Assembly: GCF_021246445.1 (NCBI RefSeq)
Contig: NZ_JAJQXW010000004.1
Coordinates: 186,001-250,000, forward strand
Direction of reading: 5' to 3'
DNA from: Rhabdothermincola salaria
GTDB lineage: Bacteria > Actinomycetota > Acidimicrobiia > Acidimicrobiales > Acidimicrobilacustridaceae
DNA: 64,000 bases
Position 1 is the stretch's first letter. The number at the start of each line of letters is the position of its first letter. The notes under the pieces were generated by a model. The model saw only the letters and a list, made by a program, of their open reading frames with translations, ran no database searches and was not told where the DNA came from. The position numbers and the translations under genes are program-made. This document shows positions 38,637 to 48,768 of this stretch, piece after piece.

Positions 38637-39827
38637 TCAGACCTGCTCGTCGAGCTCGGCCAGGACCTCGTCGGTGTCGGCCCCGAGGTCCCGGGCCGGG
38701 AAGCGCACGCGGCCCGGCGTGGCGGACAGCCGGGCGATCACGTTCTGCATGCGCACGCCCCCCACGTCGACGAGCACGTCGCGGGCCAGCACGTGCGGAT
38801 CGGCGGCCACCTCGGCCTGGCCGTACACCGGGGCGGCCGCGGCATGGGCGGCCTCGGCCTCGGCCAGGACCTCGTCGAGGGACCGACCGGCCACCCAGGC
38901 CGCGACGAGGGCCTCGACCTCGTCGCGGTGCTCGACCCGCCCCTCGAAGCTCCAGAAGCGCTCGTCGTCGCCGGCCCCGACGAGCGCCATCATGCGCCGG
39001 GCCACGGGTTCGGCGGTGGCCGAGATCGCCACCCACCTCCCGTCGGCACATCGGTAGGTGCCCCGCGGGACGCTGTAGGGGATGCCCGACCCGAGTCGGG
39101 GTTGCTCGTAGCCGGTGGCCGCGTAGGCCGACGGCAGGGCCCCCATGAGCTGCAGCATCGTCTCCAGCAGGTTGACGTCGACCACCTGGCCCACACCGCT
39201 GTGGACCGCGACCATGGTGGCAAAGGCAGCGGCGAGGGCCGTGACCTCGTCGGTGAGGGCGATGGGCGGCAACAGGGGTCCGCCGTCGGGCTCGCCGTTG
39301 ACCGAGGCGAAGCCGCTCATGGCCTCGGCCAACGTGGCGAACCCCGGCCGCCCGGCGTAGGGCCCCGTCTGACCGAAACCGGTCACCCGGGTGATCACCA
39401 ACGTCGGGTGCTGCTCCAGCAGCTCCTCCGGTACCAGGCCCAGGGCCTCCAGCTTGCCGGGCCGGAGGTTCTCGACGAGCACGTCGGCGGTGGCGACCAG
39501 TTGGCGCAGGCGGGCGATGCCCTCGTCGGTCTTGAGGTCGAGGACGACGCTGCGCTTGCCCCGGCCCGCCAGCTTCCAGAAGAGGGTCACGTCGTCGACC
39601 GGATCGCGCCAGCCCATGGCCCGGACGGTGTCGCCCGACCCCGGCCGCTCGATCTTGATGACGTCGGCCCCGAAGTCGGCCAGGTGGCGAGCGCACCCGG
39701 GGCCGGCCAGGACGGTGGACAGGTCGATGACCCGCAGATCGGCCAGGGGCAGCGGGCCGGGCGCCGGGGCGGAGCGACCCGCGGACGAGGGAGGGGGCAC
39801 CGGGCGCTCAGGCGGGAGCGAGGTCAT
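38637..39827 (-). CDS. CaiB/BaiF family III CoA-transferase
   Basis: LADLRVIDLSTVLAGP, GADVIKIERP, RGKRSVVLDLK, ENLRPG, GFGQTGPY. Confidence 0.93.
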   Translation of the reverse strand: MTSLPPERPVPPPSSAGRSAPAPGPLPLADLRVIDLSTVLAGPGCARHLADFGADVIKIERPGSGDTVRAMGWRDPVDDVTLFWKLAGRGKRSVVLDLKTDEGIARLRQLVATADVLVENLRPGKLEALGLVPEELLEQHPTLVITRVTGFGQTGPYAGRPGFATLAEAMSGFASVNGEPDGGPLLPPIALTDEVTALAAAFATMVAVHSGVGQVVDVNLLETMLQLMGALPSAYAATGYEQPRLGSGIPYSVPRGTYRCADGRWVAISATAEPVARRMMALVGAGDDERFWSFEGRVEHRDEVEALVAAWVAGRSLDEVLAEAEAAHAAAAPVYGQAEVAADPHVLARDVLVDVGGVRMQNVIARLSATPGRVRFPARDLGADTDEVLAELDEQV

Positions 39828-40834
39828 GTGGGGGCGACGGCGGGGATGGCGAAGCAGCGGTCGCCGAGCTCGCCGAAGGCGTAGCCGAAGTACATCCCAC
39901 CGAACATGTGGCGCGTCTTCTCGGTCCACAGCAGCGCCTCGGGGGTGGAGATGCGGTGGAAGACCTGGAGGATGCCACCCTCGAACACCCGGTACTCGGC
40001 CCACGCCCCGGGGAAGTCCTTCACGCAGGCCACCTCGACCCAGGGGATGTCGCGGCTGACGCTGATGTGGCGCACCCGGTTGCGGTGGCTGTGACCGGCG
40101 AAGTAGCCGCGGATGTTGCGATGGGCGGCGACCACCTCGATGAGGCGCTCCGAGGAGTCGGGGTCGATGCCGAAGTAGTCGTCGGCCCGGGTCGAGGAGT
40201 CGGGACTCCAGACGTGGTGGTGGCCCATCAACAGGATCGGTCGATCGGCCTCGACGGCGAGGTCGTGCAACCAGGTCAGCTGGTCGCCGGTGACCCGTCC
40301 GCCGGCCCGACCCTCGGTGGAGGTGTCGAGGAGGGCGACCGTGACGCCGGGGAGGTCGAGCCGCTGGGTGGGGACGGCCGCCAGATCGGTCCCGTGGTAG
40401 CTCTCGTGGTTGCCTCGGACGTGCACGAGCGCCTCGCCGAACGCCTCCTCGTAGAACTCGAGGAACTGGTGGTACTCCTCCTCGGTCCCCTGCGAGGTGA
40501 GATCCCCCTTGACGACCACCGCGTGGGGGGCGAGCTGTTCGATCTCGTGGATCGCCCCGCGGTTCATCGTCTCCGGATAGGGCTCCTCGCCGTCGGCCAC
40601 CCGGAACGTGGGCCCCATCTCCAGGCCTTCCATCACCCCGCACTCGGTCTCACCGAAGTGCACGTCGTTCACGGTGGCGAAGGTGGACAGGCGCTCGCCC
40701 GCCGGGCGGGCCAGGGTGCGGAACACGAAGCCGTCGTACTCGTACACCGTGTCGGGCAGCAGGTCGTCGTACACCCGCACCTCGAGGCCGTCGTGCACGA
40801 CAGCATGGTCGTCGGCGACGGTGGTGAGCTCCAT
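39824..40834 (-). CDS. Calcineurin-like metallophosphoesterase
   Basis: NDVHFG, KGDLT, RGNHE, GHHH and AGHSH motifs. Confidence 0.9.
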   Translation of the reverse strand: MELTTVADDHAVVHDGLEVRVYDDLLPDTVYEYDGFVFRTLARPAGERLSTFATVNDVHFGETECGVMEGLEMGPTFRVADGEEPYPETMNRGAIHEIEQLAPHAVVVKGDLTSQGTEEEYHQFLEFYEEAFGEALVHVRGNHESYHGTDLAAVPTQRLDLPGVTVALLDTSTEGRAGGRVTGDQLTWLHDLAVEADRPILLMGHHHVWSPDSSTRADDYFGIDPDSSERLIEVVAAHRNIRGYFAGHSHRNRVRHISVSRDIPWVEVACVKDFPGAWAEYRVFEGGILQVFHRISTPEALLWTEKTRHMFGGMYFGYAFGELGDRCFAIPAVAPT

Positions 40835-40921
40835 GTCCCCATTGTGGCCGCGGTCGCCGGGGGTCCAGAGATCGGTGTCGCGGAGCCGGTCGCAGCTGGT
40901 GCCGCCGGCAGGACCCGAGGC

Positions 40922-43900
40922 TCAGCGGCGAACCGCCGCCCCCTGGGCCAGGCGGGCGGCGAAGAGCCGGTCACCGACATCGCCGCACATGGCTTCGGCC
41001 TCGCCGAGCCAGTTGGCGGCGGTGTTGTGGTCGCCCACCAACGCCGCCAGCCCGGCCAGCTGGGCCGACACGGGCCCCCACACCGACCCGCCGCCGCCAT
41101 AGCAGTTGAGCACGACGTACAGGTCCCGGTACGGGAGGAGCAGCTCGGACAGCGGCCCGGCCAGCGACCGCTCGCCGAGGCCTACCGTGGTCTCCGCCAA
41201 CATGGCCAGGGTGAGCAGGCGGTTCGAGTCGTGCGGCACGGACGCGAAGCCGTCGGCGGCGAAGCGGCCGAGCTCGGCGGCCGCGGTCGTCGCCTCTCCC
41301 GCCTGGAGGGCGGCGAAGGCCTTCACCGCCCGATAGCAGGGCACCCGAGGGTTCTCGAGGGCGGCCCGGTCGAGGAGGGGGATGACCTCGCCGGCGCGGC
41401 CCTGCAGCGTGCACAACAGGACCCGGTGCACCCCGAAGCAGGCCATCGCCCACGAGCTGTCACCTTCGTCCGTCGCCCGCTGCAGCGACTCCACGCTGGC
41501 GGCTTCGGCCGCCTCCAGGTCGCCTTCGAGCACCAGATCGAGCACCTTCCAGGTGGACAGCGCCCACGACCAATAGGGGTCGGGGAAGCGTTCGAGGTGC
41601 CGGGTGGCCCGGAGCATGGCCTCGCGGGCGGCGGCTCGGTCGCCGAGCACCAGCGCGTCCTCGTGGCGGTAGACGAGCGCGGCCGCGGTGACCTCGGGCA
41701 GGTGGCAGCGCTCCGACAAGGCCAACGCCTCTTCGCCTTCGCGGAACCGTTCGGCGGTGCGGTCCTGGGCCACCCGGTAGCGCTGGTCGAGCAGGGCGCG
41801 CGCCATCACCGCCGGGTCGCCGTGGCGACGAGCACGGTCCAGGGCCTCCTCGGCCGCCCGCTCGCGCTCGTCGTCGCGATCGGTCAGCAGCAGCGCCAGC
41901 GCCAACGAGCCGAGGAGCGGGATGCGCAGGTCGTCGTCGCCGGCGCTCAGGCCAACCAGGGCTTCCTCGACCAGCGCCACGTGGCGGTAGCGCGCCGGGT
42001 CGGGTGCACCCACGCCGCCCCCGCCCACGATGGCATGGACGGCCTCGGCCAAGCGGCGCGGCAGGGCGTAGAGGCGAGCGAGCTCCACGGCCTCGCCCAG
42101 GGCGTCGTCGGCGCCGGTCAGATCGCCGAGGCCGCGCCGGGCGCGACCGCGCACCACCAGCGCCCCCACCCGGTCGGCCGGCGCGGAGACGCGCGCCGAG
42201 AGCACGCCGCCCGCCAGGTGCTCGGCCATCTCCCAACCGCTGCGGTCGAGGGCGTCCTCGGCCGCGGCGAGCGCCCAGGTGCGGGCGGCGTCACCGTGGC
42301 CCTCCCCCGATCCGGCGTAGTGCCGGGCCAGCTCGATGGGGACGCCCGGGCGACCGGCCCACGGCAGGAGGGCCTCGGCCAGGCGGAGGTGGAACCAGGC
42401 CCGGCGGGCGGGTCCCAGCCCGGCGTCGACTGCGTCGCGCACCAGGGCGTGGCCGAACCGGACCCCGTCGCCGACCTCCACCAGCAGGCGGGCCCGCACC
42501 GTGGCGTCGACGGCCTCGTACAGGGCGCGATCGTCGAGCCCGGTGGCTTCCGAGAGCACGGTCAGATCGACCGACGAGCCCGCCAACGCCGCCACCGACA
42601 CCACCAGCTCGGCCTCGGGGGCCAGGGTGGCCACGCGCTGGCCCACGAGCTCGGTGAGACCGGGAGGCAGCGCCGCCGGGTCGAGGTGGCCCTCGGCGCT
42701 GGCGGCCGTCTTCACCAGCTCGGCGAGGAACAGCGGGTTGCCACCCGTGCGCTCGTGGACGACGGTGGCGACCTCGTCGGGTCGGACCACGCCGGCGTCG
42801 GCCAGCCAGCGGGCCACCGCGTCGCGGTCGAGCCCGTCGAGCTCCACGACGGCGCTCGGCACCTTCCACGCCAGATCGGCGAGGGCGGCGGCCAGGGCCG
42901 GATGGCGCTCCCGGCAGGTGGCCACGAGCGTCACGTCCCGATCGCCGAGCTGGACCAGCACGTGGGCGAGCATCGCCAACGACTCGGCGCCGGCCCACTG
43001 CAGGTCGTCGACGACCCACACCAGCGGGCGGTCGGCCAGGCGGTCGACGACCGCCGTGACGGCACCGAACAGGCGCGAGCGGGTGATGCCCGGGGCCGCA
43101 TCCTTGTCGCGGTGACCGAGGCGGACGGTCCCGAGGCCCAGCAGCGCCAGGTCGTCGCCCGACCGGGCGATCTCGGCGGTCACCCCCTCGTCGTCGGACA
43201 GGGCGTGGCGCAGCGCCGCGGCGACCGGCTCGTAGGGCAGTTCCGGAAAGGGGTCGCAGGCGCCCCACAGCACCCTGACGCCGTCGTCGCGAAGGCGTCC
43301 GCTGATCTCGGCGACCAGTCGGGTCTTGCCGACACCCGGCTCGCCCTCGATGACCAGGACCTGGGCTCGCCGATCGTCACGGTGGAAGGTGGCCAGAAGG
43401 TTCTCGAGGAGGGCGTCGCGCCCCACGAAGGGCCCGACCTGGCGATCGTTCGCGCCGCCCACGGCCCGCCTCGTCTCGGAGGACCGCTCATCGGACCGCC
43501 GGCTCACGTCCGAGCCGTCGAGGAGCTGCTCGCGAACGGCGACGAGGCGGGGGGACGGGCCCACCCCCAACTCCCGGCGCAGGGCCTCGACGTGGGCGTC
43601 GTGGGCCTTGCGGGCCTCGTAGTGGTCTCCGCTGCCGACCAGCGCCCGGAGCAGCAGGATGAACGCGTCCTCGTCGTAGGGGTCGGTGGCGAGGAGCTGG
43701 CGCAGGGGGGTCAGGGCCTCGAGGGGGGAACCGGCCTCGACCTGGGCCCGAGCGTGGAGCCGGGAGGCTCGGCGGCACATCTCCTCGATCTCCCGACGAC
43801 GCTCGTCGGCCCACACCAGGTCGACACCGGGGAGGAACCCGCCGACGAGCGCCTCGGCCGCGCCGGCCGCCAGGTCCACCGCACGCGAGGCCATGCCGTC

Positions 43901-44251
43901 TCGCAGGGCCACCTCGGCCCGCTGGGTGTCGAGGCGGGCGGCGTCGACGTCGATGCGGGCGTGGGTCGGGATGTCGAGGGTGATCACCCCGCCGTTGGTG
44001 ACGAGCACCTCTCGACCCGCACCGCTGGCCTCGAACGCCGCCCGCAGCTTGGCCAGCACCCCCCGCAACGCCCCCTGCCAGTGCGGCGAGAGCTCATCAC
44101 CCCAGAGCAGGTGGGCCAACTCGTCGCGGGCGATCGGCCGGTGCCGCTCGAGGGCCAGCACGGCCAGCGCCACCTGCACCTGGGGACGGCTCACCACCAC
44201 GGCGCCGGTCGGGCCGGCGATCGTCACCCCACCACAGAGCTGCAGCCGCAC
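40922..44251 (-). CDS. SARP/BTAD + P-loop ATPase + helical-repeat transcriptional regulator (AfsR/EmbR-like)
   Basis: N-terminal winged helix, BTAD (DPYDE...ELGVGPSP), GEPGVGKT, VDDLQWA, TGGNPLFL. Confidence 0.9.
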   Translation of the reverse strand: MRLQLCGGVTIAGPTGAVVVSRPQVQVALAVLALERHRPIARDELAHLLWGDELSPHWQGALRGVLAKLRAAFEASGAGREVLVTNGGVITLDIPTHARIDVDAARLDTQRAEVALRDGMASRAVDLAAGAAEALVGGFLPGVDLVWADERRREIEEMCRRASRLHARAQVEAGSPLEALTPLRQLLATDPYDEDAFILLLRALVGSGDHYEARKAHDAHVEALRRELGVGPSPRLVAVREQLLDGSDVSRRSDERSSETRRAVGGANDRQVGPFVGRDALLENLLATFHRDDRRAQVLVIEGEPGVGKTRLVAEISGRLRDDGVRVLWGACDPFPELPYEPVAAALRHALSDDEGVTAEIARSGDDLALLGLGTVRLGHRDKDAAPGITRSRLFGAVTAVVDRLADRPLVWVVDDLQWAGAESLAMLAHVLVQLGDRDVTLVATCRERHPALAAALADLAWKVPSAVVELDGLDRDAVARWLADAGVVRPDEVATVVHERTGGNPLFLAELVKTAASAEGHLDPAALPPGLTELVGQRVATLAPEAELVVSVAALAGSSVDLTVLSEATGLDDRALYEAVDATVRARLLVEVGDGVRFGHALVRDAVDAGLGPARRAWFHLRLAEALLPWAGRPGVPIELARHYAGSGEGHGDAARTWALAAAEDALDRSGWEMAEHLAGGVLSARVSAPADRVGALVVRGRARRGLGDLTGADDALGEAVELARLYALPRRLAEAVHAIVGGGGVGAPDPARYRHVALVEEALVGLSAGDDDLRIPLLGSLALALLLTDRDDERERAAEEALDRARRHGDPAVMARALLDQRYRVAQDRTAERFREGEEALALSERCHLPEVTAAALVYRHEDALVLGDRAAAREAMLRATRHLERFPDPYWSWALSTWKVLDLVLEGDLEAAEAASVESLQRATDEGDSSWAMACFGVHRVLLCTLQGRAGEVIPLLDRAALENPRVPCYRAVKAFAALQAGEATTAAAELGRFAADGFASVPHDSNRLLTLAMLAETTVGLGERSLAGPLSELLLPYRDLYVVLNCYGGGGSVWGPVSAQLAGLAALVGDHNTAANWLGEAEAMCGDVGDRLFAARLAQGAAVRR

Positions 44252-44316
44252 CTGCTCGAAGCTACCGGCCAGCCCCGCGGCAGGCAGACCGGGCTGTGGT
44301 CAGGGGCGGGTGCCGG

Positions 44317-44535
44317 TCAGGGGCGGGCGCGGCGGGCCGGGACGGGCTTGGCCCACCAGCGACCCGAGAAGCGCCAGCGCGACGGCTGGTTGCTCGGAAC
44401 GGAGTCGGCCACGACGAGGCGGGGCCAGCCCGCCTCGAGCGCGGCGGCGACGGCCACCGCCTCTTCCACCGTGGGGACCGGCGTGATGCCGGCCACCTGA
44501 GGGGTGCTCGTCTCGGGGATCTCTGCGTCGGTCAT
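44317..44535 (-). CDS. Probable acyl-CoA carboxylase epsilon subunit
   Basis: Small ORF right after the beta subunit; PTVEEAVAVAAAL...WRFSGR. Confidence 0.7.
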   Translation of the reverse strand: MTDAEIPETSTPQVAGITPVPTVEEAVAVAAALEAGWPRLVVADSVPSNQPSRWRFSGRWWAKPVPARRARP

Positions 44536-44545
44536 CGACAGGTCC

Positions 44546-46102
44546 TCACAACGGCACGTTGCCGTGCTTGCGGTGCGGGAGCTCCTCGCGCTTGGACTTG
44601 AGCATCTCGAACCCGGCAATGACCTTGCGTCGGGTCTCGGCGGGATCGATGACGTCGTCGACGAACCCTCGCTCGGCGGCCACGTAGGGGTTGGCGTAGC
44701 GCTCGGTGTACTCGTCGACCAGCTCGGCGCGGCGGGCGACGGGATCGGCCGAGCTCTGCAGCTCCCGCCGGTAGAGGATCTCGACGGCGCCCTGGGGCCC
44801 CATCACGGCCAGCTCGGCCGACGGCCAGGCGAAGGCGAGATCGGCCCCGATGGACTTGGAGTTCATGACGACGTAGGCGCCGCCGTAGGCCTTGCGGGTG
44901 ATCACCTGGATGCGGGGCACGGTGGCCTCGCAGAAGGCGTACAGCAGCTTGGCGCCGTGGCGGATGATGCCGCCGTACTCCTGGTCGACGCCGGGGAGGA
45001 AGCCGGGGACGTCGACGAACGTGAGCAGCGGGATGTTGAAGGCGTCGCAGGTGCGCACGAAGCGAGCGGCCTTCTCGGCCGACTCGATGTCGAGCACGCC
45101 GGCGAGGACCATGGGCTGGTTGCCGACGACGCCGACGGGCTGGCCGTTCACCCGGGCGAAGCCGCAGACGATGCTGCCGGCCCACCGGGGGAAGTACTCG
45201 AAGAAGTCACCGTCGTCGACGACCGCCTCGATGATCGTGTGCATGTCGTAGGGCACGTTGGGGCTGCTCGGCATGATGTCGTTCAGCTCCGTGCACAGCC
45301 GGTCCGGCGGGTCGGCGGGCACGTCGATCGGCGGCATCTCGAGGTTGTTCGAGGGCAGGAACCCGAAGAGGTACCGCACGTCGTCGAGGCAGGACTTCTC
45401 GTCGGGCGACACGAAGGTGGCCACGCCCGACTTGGTGGCATGGCTCTTGGCCCCGCCCAGCTCCTCGAGCGTGACCTCCTCGCCCGTCACCGTCTTCACC
45501 ACGTCGGGACCGGTGATGAACATGTGGGAGGTCTCGTCGACCATGAAGATGAAGTCGGTCATGGCCGGGCTGTAGACCGCCCCGCCCGCGCACGGACCGA
45601 GGATCACCGAGATCTGCGGGGTGACGCCCGAGGCCAGCACGTTGCGGTGGAAGATCCCGCCGTAGCTGGCGAGGGAGACCACGCCTTCCTGGATGCGGGC
45701 ACCCGCGCCGTCGTTGAGGCCGATGAGCGGCGCCCCGACGGAGAGGGCCAGGTCCATGACCTTGTGGATCTTCTCGGCGAAGACCTCGCCGAGAGCCCCA
45801 CCGAAGACCGTGAAGTCCTGGGAGAAGATGAACACCTTGCGCCCGTCGATGGTGCCCCACCCGGTGATCACACCGTCGGTGTAGGGGCGCTCCTCGATGC
45901 CGCTCTCGTGGGCCCGGTGACGGGCCAGCATGTCGAGCTCGTGGAAGGAGCCCTCGTCGAGCAGGTACTCGATCCGCTCCCGGGCGAGCAGCTTGCCCTT
46001 CGAGTGCTGGCGCTCCACCGATCGCTCGGAACCGGCGTGGATGGCCTGGTCCTTGCGCTCGGCGAGCTCATCGAGCCGTTCCTGCATCGATCGTTCCGAC
46101 AT
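44546..46102 (-). CDS. pccB: Acyl-CoA (propionyl-CoA) carboxylase beta subunit
   Basis: GKLLARERI, QDFTVFGG, GARIQEG, GPCAGGAVY, DVPGFLPG, RKAYGGAY, KHGNVPL. Confidence 0.93.
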   Translation of the reverse strand: MSERSMQERLDELAERKDQAIHAGSERSVERQHSKGKLLARERIEYLLDEGSFHELDMLARHRAHESGIEERPYTDGVITGWGTIDGRKVFIFSQDFTVFGGALGEVFAEKIHKVMDLALSVGAPLIGLNDGAGARIQEGVVSLASYGGIFHRNVLASGVTPQISVILGPCAGGAVYSPAMTDFIFMVDETSHMFITGPDVVKTVTGEEVTLEELGGAKSHATKSGVATFVSPDEKSCLDDVRYLFGFLPSNNLEMPPIDVPADPPDRLCTELNDIMPSSPNVPYDMHTIIEAVVDDGDFFEYFPRWAGSIVCGFARVNGQPVGVVGNQPMVLAGVLDIESAEKAARFVRTCDAFNIPLLTFVDVPGFLPGVDQEYGGIIRHGAKLLYAFCEATVPRIQVITRKAYGGAYVVMNSKSIGADLAFAWPSAELAVMGPQGAVEILYRRELQSSADPVARRAELVDEYTERYANPYVAAERGFVDDVIDPAETRRKVIAGFEMLKSKREELPHRKHGNVPL

Positions 46103-46183
46103 GGGACGGGATAGTACCGACCGCCCGGGCCCCCTCCGAAACGGCGGGCTCGTCGGGGGTGTCCGGCGGCGTTCCCGGGCGGC

Positions 46184-47254
46184 TCAGAGATCGAAGATCT
46201 GGTGCAGTTCGTAGGGGGCCACATGGTCGAGCTGGCCGTACGTGCACGAGGCCGGATCCCGGTCGGGCCGGAAGCGCACCAGCCGGGTGGCGTGGCGGAA
46301 GCGGTCGCCCTGGAGGTGCTCGTAGGCCACCTCGGCCACCAGCTCGGGCCGCAACGGGTGCCAGGAGAGGTCCTTCTTGGCGTTCCACCGGCTGGGGGCG
46401 CCCGGCATCCGGGTGGGCTCGGCCCCGCCGGCGGCCCCTCCCCACCCTCGCCACGGATGGTCGGCCAGGGCGTCGCGCTCGTAGGGGGCGACTTCGTCGA
46501 CGAGCTCCCCTCGACGACGCGCCGTGAACGACGTGGCCACCCCGACGTGGTGGAGTCGCCCGCCGTCGTCGTGGAGGCCCAACAGCAACGACCCGATGCC
46601 GTCGCCGCTCTTGTGGCGCCGGTAGCCGGCCACCACCACGTCGGCGGTGCGCTGGTGCTTGACCTTGAGCTGGCTGCGCTTGTCGGGCGTGTAGACGCCG
46701 TCGAGCGCCTTGGCCATCACGCCGTCGAGCCCGGCCCCCTCGAAGCGCACGAACCAGTCCTCGGCGATGGCTCGGTCGGTCGTGGCCGGCGTGAGGTGCA
46801 CCGGCGGGCGCACGCCCGCGAGCGCGGCCTCGAGCAGGGCTCGGCGCTCGGCCAGCGGACGGCCCATGAGGTCGGCGTCGTCGAGGGCGAGGAGGTCGAA
46901 GGCCACGAAGCTGGCGGGCGTCTCGGCGGCCAGCCGGTCGACGCGCGAGGCGGCCGGGTGGATGCGCTGCTGGAGGGCGTCGAAGTCGAGGCCGTCCGGG
47001 GTGGCGATCACGATCTCGCCGTCGACGACGCCGCGGTCGGGGAGCGCGGCGGACAGCGCCGCGACGAGCTCCGGGAAGTACCGGGTGAGCGGACGTTCGT
47101 TGCGGCTGCCCAGCTCGAGCTCGTCGCCGTCGCGGAAGACGATGCAGCGGAAGCCGTCCCACTTCGGTTCGAAGTGCCACCCGTCGCCCTCGGGCAACCG
47201 GTCGGCGGCCTTGGCCAGCATCGGCTTGACGGGCGGCATCACCGGCAGGTCCAC
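46184..47254 (-). CDS. ligC: ATP-dependent DNA ligase LigC
   Basis: PVKPMLAK, EPKWDGFR, LTRYFPEL, GAGLDGVMAK, KVKHQRTAD, LRPELVAEV, RFRH. Confidence 0.92.
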   Translation of the reverse strand: MDLPVMPPVKPMLAKAADRLPEGDGWHFEPKWDGFRCIVFRDGDELELGSRNERPLTRYFPELVAALSAALPDRGVVDGEIVIATPDGLDFDALQQRIHPAASRVDRLAAETPASFVAFDLLALDDADLMGRPLAERRALLEAALAGVRPPVHLTPATTDRAIAEDWFVRFEGAGLDGVMAKALDGVYTPDKRSQLKVKHQRTADVVVAGYRRHKSGDGIGSLLLGLHDDGGRLHHVGVATSFTARRRGELVDEVAPYERDALADHPWRGWGGAAGGAEPTRMPGAPSRWNAKKDLSWHPLRPELVAEVAYEHLQGDRFRHATRLVRFRPDRDPASCTYGQLDHVAPYELHQIFDL

Positions 47255-47294
47255 GGCTCGACCGTACCGCCCGGCCCTTGCCGTCGAGCGGGGA

Positions 47295-48314
47295 TCAGCC
47301 GGTCCCGTCGGGGTGCCGGGCCCGGCTGGGCTGCACCCGGGCCGGTTCGCCGGCGGCCTTCGGGAAGTTCGGGGGCCAGGGCGCATCGCCGAGACCTTCG
47401 GCCTCGTCGCGGGCCGCCAGGTCGAGCAGGGGCTGGAGCGAGAACGCCTGGTCGTCCATGGGCTTCTCGAGGTCGCCGACGTCGGCCCAGCGCGCCGGCA
47501 CGGTGGCCAGCGTGAAGTCGGCCAGCTCGACGGCATCGAGCTCCTCCCACCGGAACGGCGCCGACACCCTGGCCTCGGGGTTGGCCCGCACCGAGTACAC
47601 CGACGCCACCGTGCGATCCCGAGCGTTCTGGTTGTAGTCGAGGAACACCCGGTCGCCTCGCTCCTCCTTCCACCACTTCGAGGTGGCCAGGTGGGGCACC
47701 CGCCGCTCGACCTCGCGGGCCAGGGCCAAGGCGGCCCGCCGCACCTCGAGGAAGCCCCACATGGCGGCGATGCGCACGTTGACGTGGATGCCCCGCGATC
47801 CCGAGGTCTTGGGCCACCCGACGAGCTGGTGCTCCTGGAGGACGTCTCGCACCACCCCGGCGACCTCTCGGACGGCGGCGAAGGGGACCCCCGGCTGGGG
47901 ATCGAGGTCGACCCGCAGCTCGTCGGGGTGGTCGAGGTCGAAGCGCCGCACGGCCCAGGGGTTGAGGTCGAGGCAACCGAGGTTCACCGCCCAGACGACG
48001 TGGGCCAGGTCGGCGGGGCAGAGCTCCTCGGCCGTGCGACCGCTCGGGAAGGCCACCGTGGTGGTCCTCAGCCACTCGGGGCGGCTCTTGGGCACCCGCT
48101 TCTGGAAGAACACCTTGCCCTCGGCGCCGTCCGGGAAGCGCTTCAGCACCGTGGGCCGGAGGTGCACGCCGCGCAGCGCCCCCTCGCCGACGAGGAGGTA
48201 GTGCTGGACCAGGTCGAGCTTGGTCTCGCCGCGAGCCGAGAAGAACACCTTGTCGGGATTGGTGACCTTCACCTCTCGGCCGGCCACCTCCACCATGGTG
48301 AACGGGCTCGCCAT
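47295..48314 (-). CDS. LigD-type primase-polymerase (Prim-PolC-like)
   Basis: TNPDKVFF, FFQKR, PDELRVDLDP, KTSGSRGIH, DYNQN, SVYSVR, WPPNFPK; directly upstream of ligC. Confidence 0.92.
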   Translation of the reverse strand: MASPFTMVEVAGREVKVTNPDKVFFSARGETKLDLVQHYLLVGEGALRGVHLRPTVLKRFPDGAEGKVFFQKRVPKSRPEWLRTTTVAFPSGRTAEELCPADLAHVVWAVNLGCLDLNPWAVRRFDLDHPDELRVDLDPQPGVPFAAVREVAGVVRDVLQEHQLVGWPKTSGSRGIHVNVRIAAMWGFLEVRRAALALAREVERRVPHLATSKWWKEERGDRVFLDYNQNARDRTVASVYSVRANPEARVSAPFRWEELDAVELADFTLATVPARWADVGDLEKPMDDQAFSLQPLLDLAARDEAEGLGDAPWPPNFPKAAGEPARVQPSRARHPDGTG

Positions 48315-48467
48315 GGCCGCACAGGCTAGGTCGGCCGGCCGTCTCGAGCCCTCTGACCGACGGGCGGATGCCGGGGGCGGGTGACACTCCGGGCGCGGAC
48401 CCCTTACCCTGTGAGGGAGGCACCCGTCGCCACACCCCGCGCGGCGTGCCGGACGAAAGGACGCCCC

Positions 48468-48671
48468 GTGTTCGCAAGCATCGGTCCCCCCGAGATCCTC
48501 ATCGCCCTCCTCGTGATCGCCCTGCTCTTCGGCAGCACCAAGCTGCCCAAGCTGGCCCGGTCCCTCGGCTCGGCCAAGGGCGAGTTCGAGAAGGGCCTCA
48601 AGGACGGCGAGCAGATCAGCGCCGAGTCCGACGACGAGCCCACCAAGGACGCCAGGGACACCAAGGCCTGA
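48468..48671 (+). CDS. tatA: Twin-arginine translocase TatA/E subunit
   Basis: IGPPEILIALLVIALLFGSTKLPKLARSLG...EFEKG; GAAAGGA RBS. Confidence 0.92.
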   Translation: MFASIGPPEILIALLVIALLFGSTKLPKLARSLGSAKGEFEKGLKDGEQISAESDDEPTKDARDTKA

Positions 48672-48768
48672 TCGCGGTCTCGGGCCTGGTCGACGGCCCG
48701 GCCTCGCCCGCTCCGACCCACCTCAGGATGCACAGCCCGGCGTCGGCCGGGCTGTGGCGCGTCGGGGC

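Noticed and set aside
40835..40921. SARP operator directly downstream of the first BTAD regulator
   Set aside because: Only loose ggt(g/c)gc-like matches at inconsistent 10-12-bp spacing
39908..44500. Very long alternative-frame ORFs (also 22573-26079, 28747-31806, 58669-62949, 9065-11806)
   Set aside because: Antisense or off-frame shadows of well-supported genes, with low-complexity translations and no motifs
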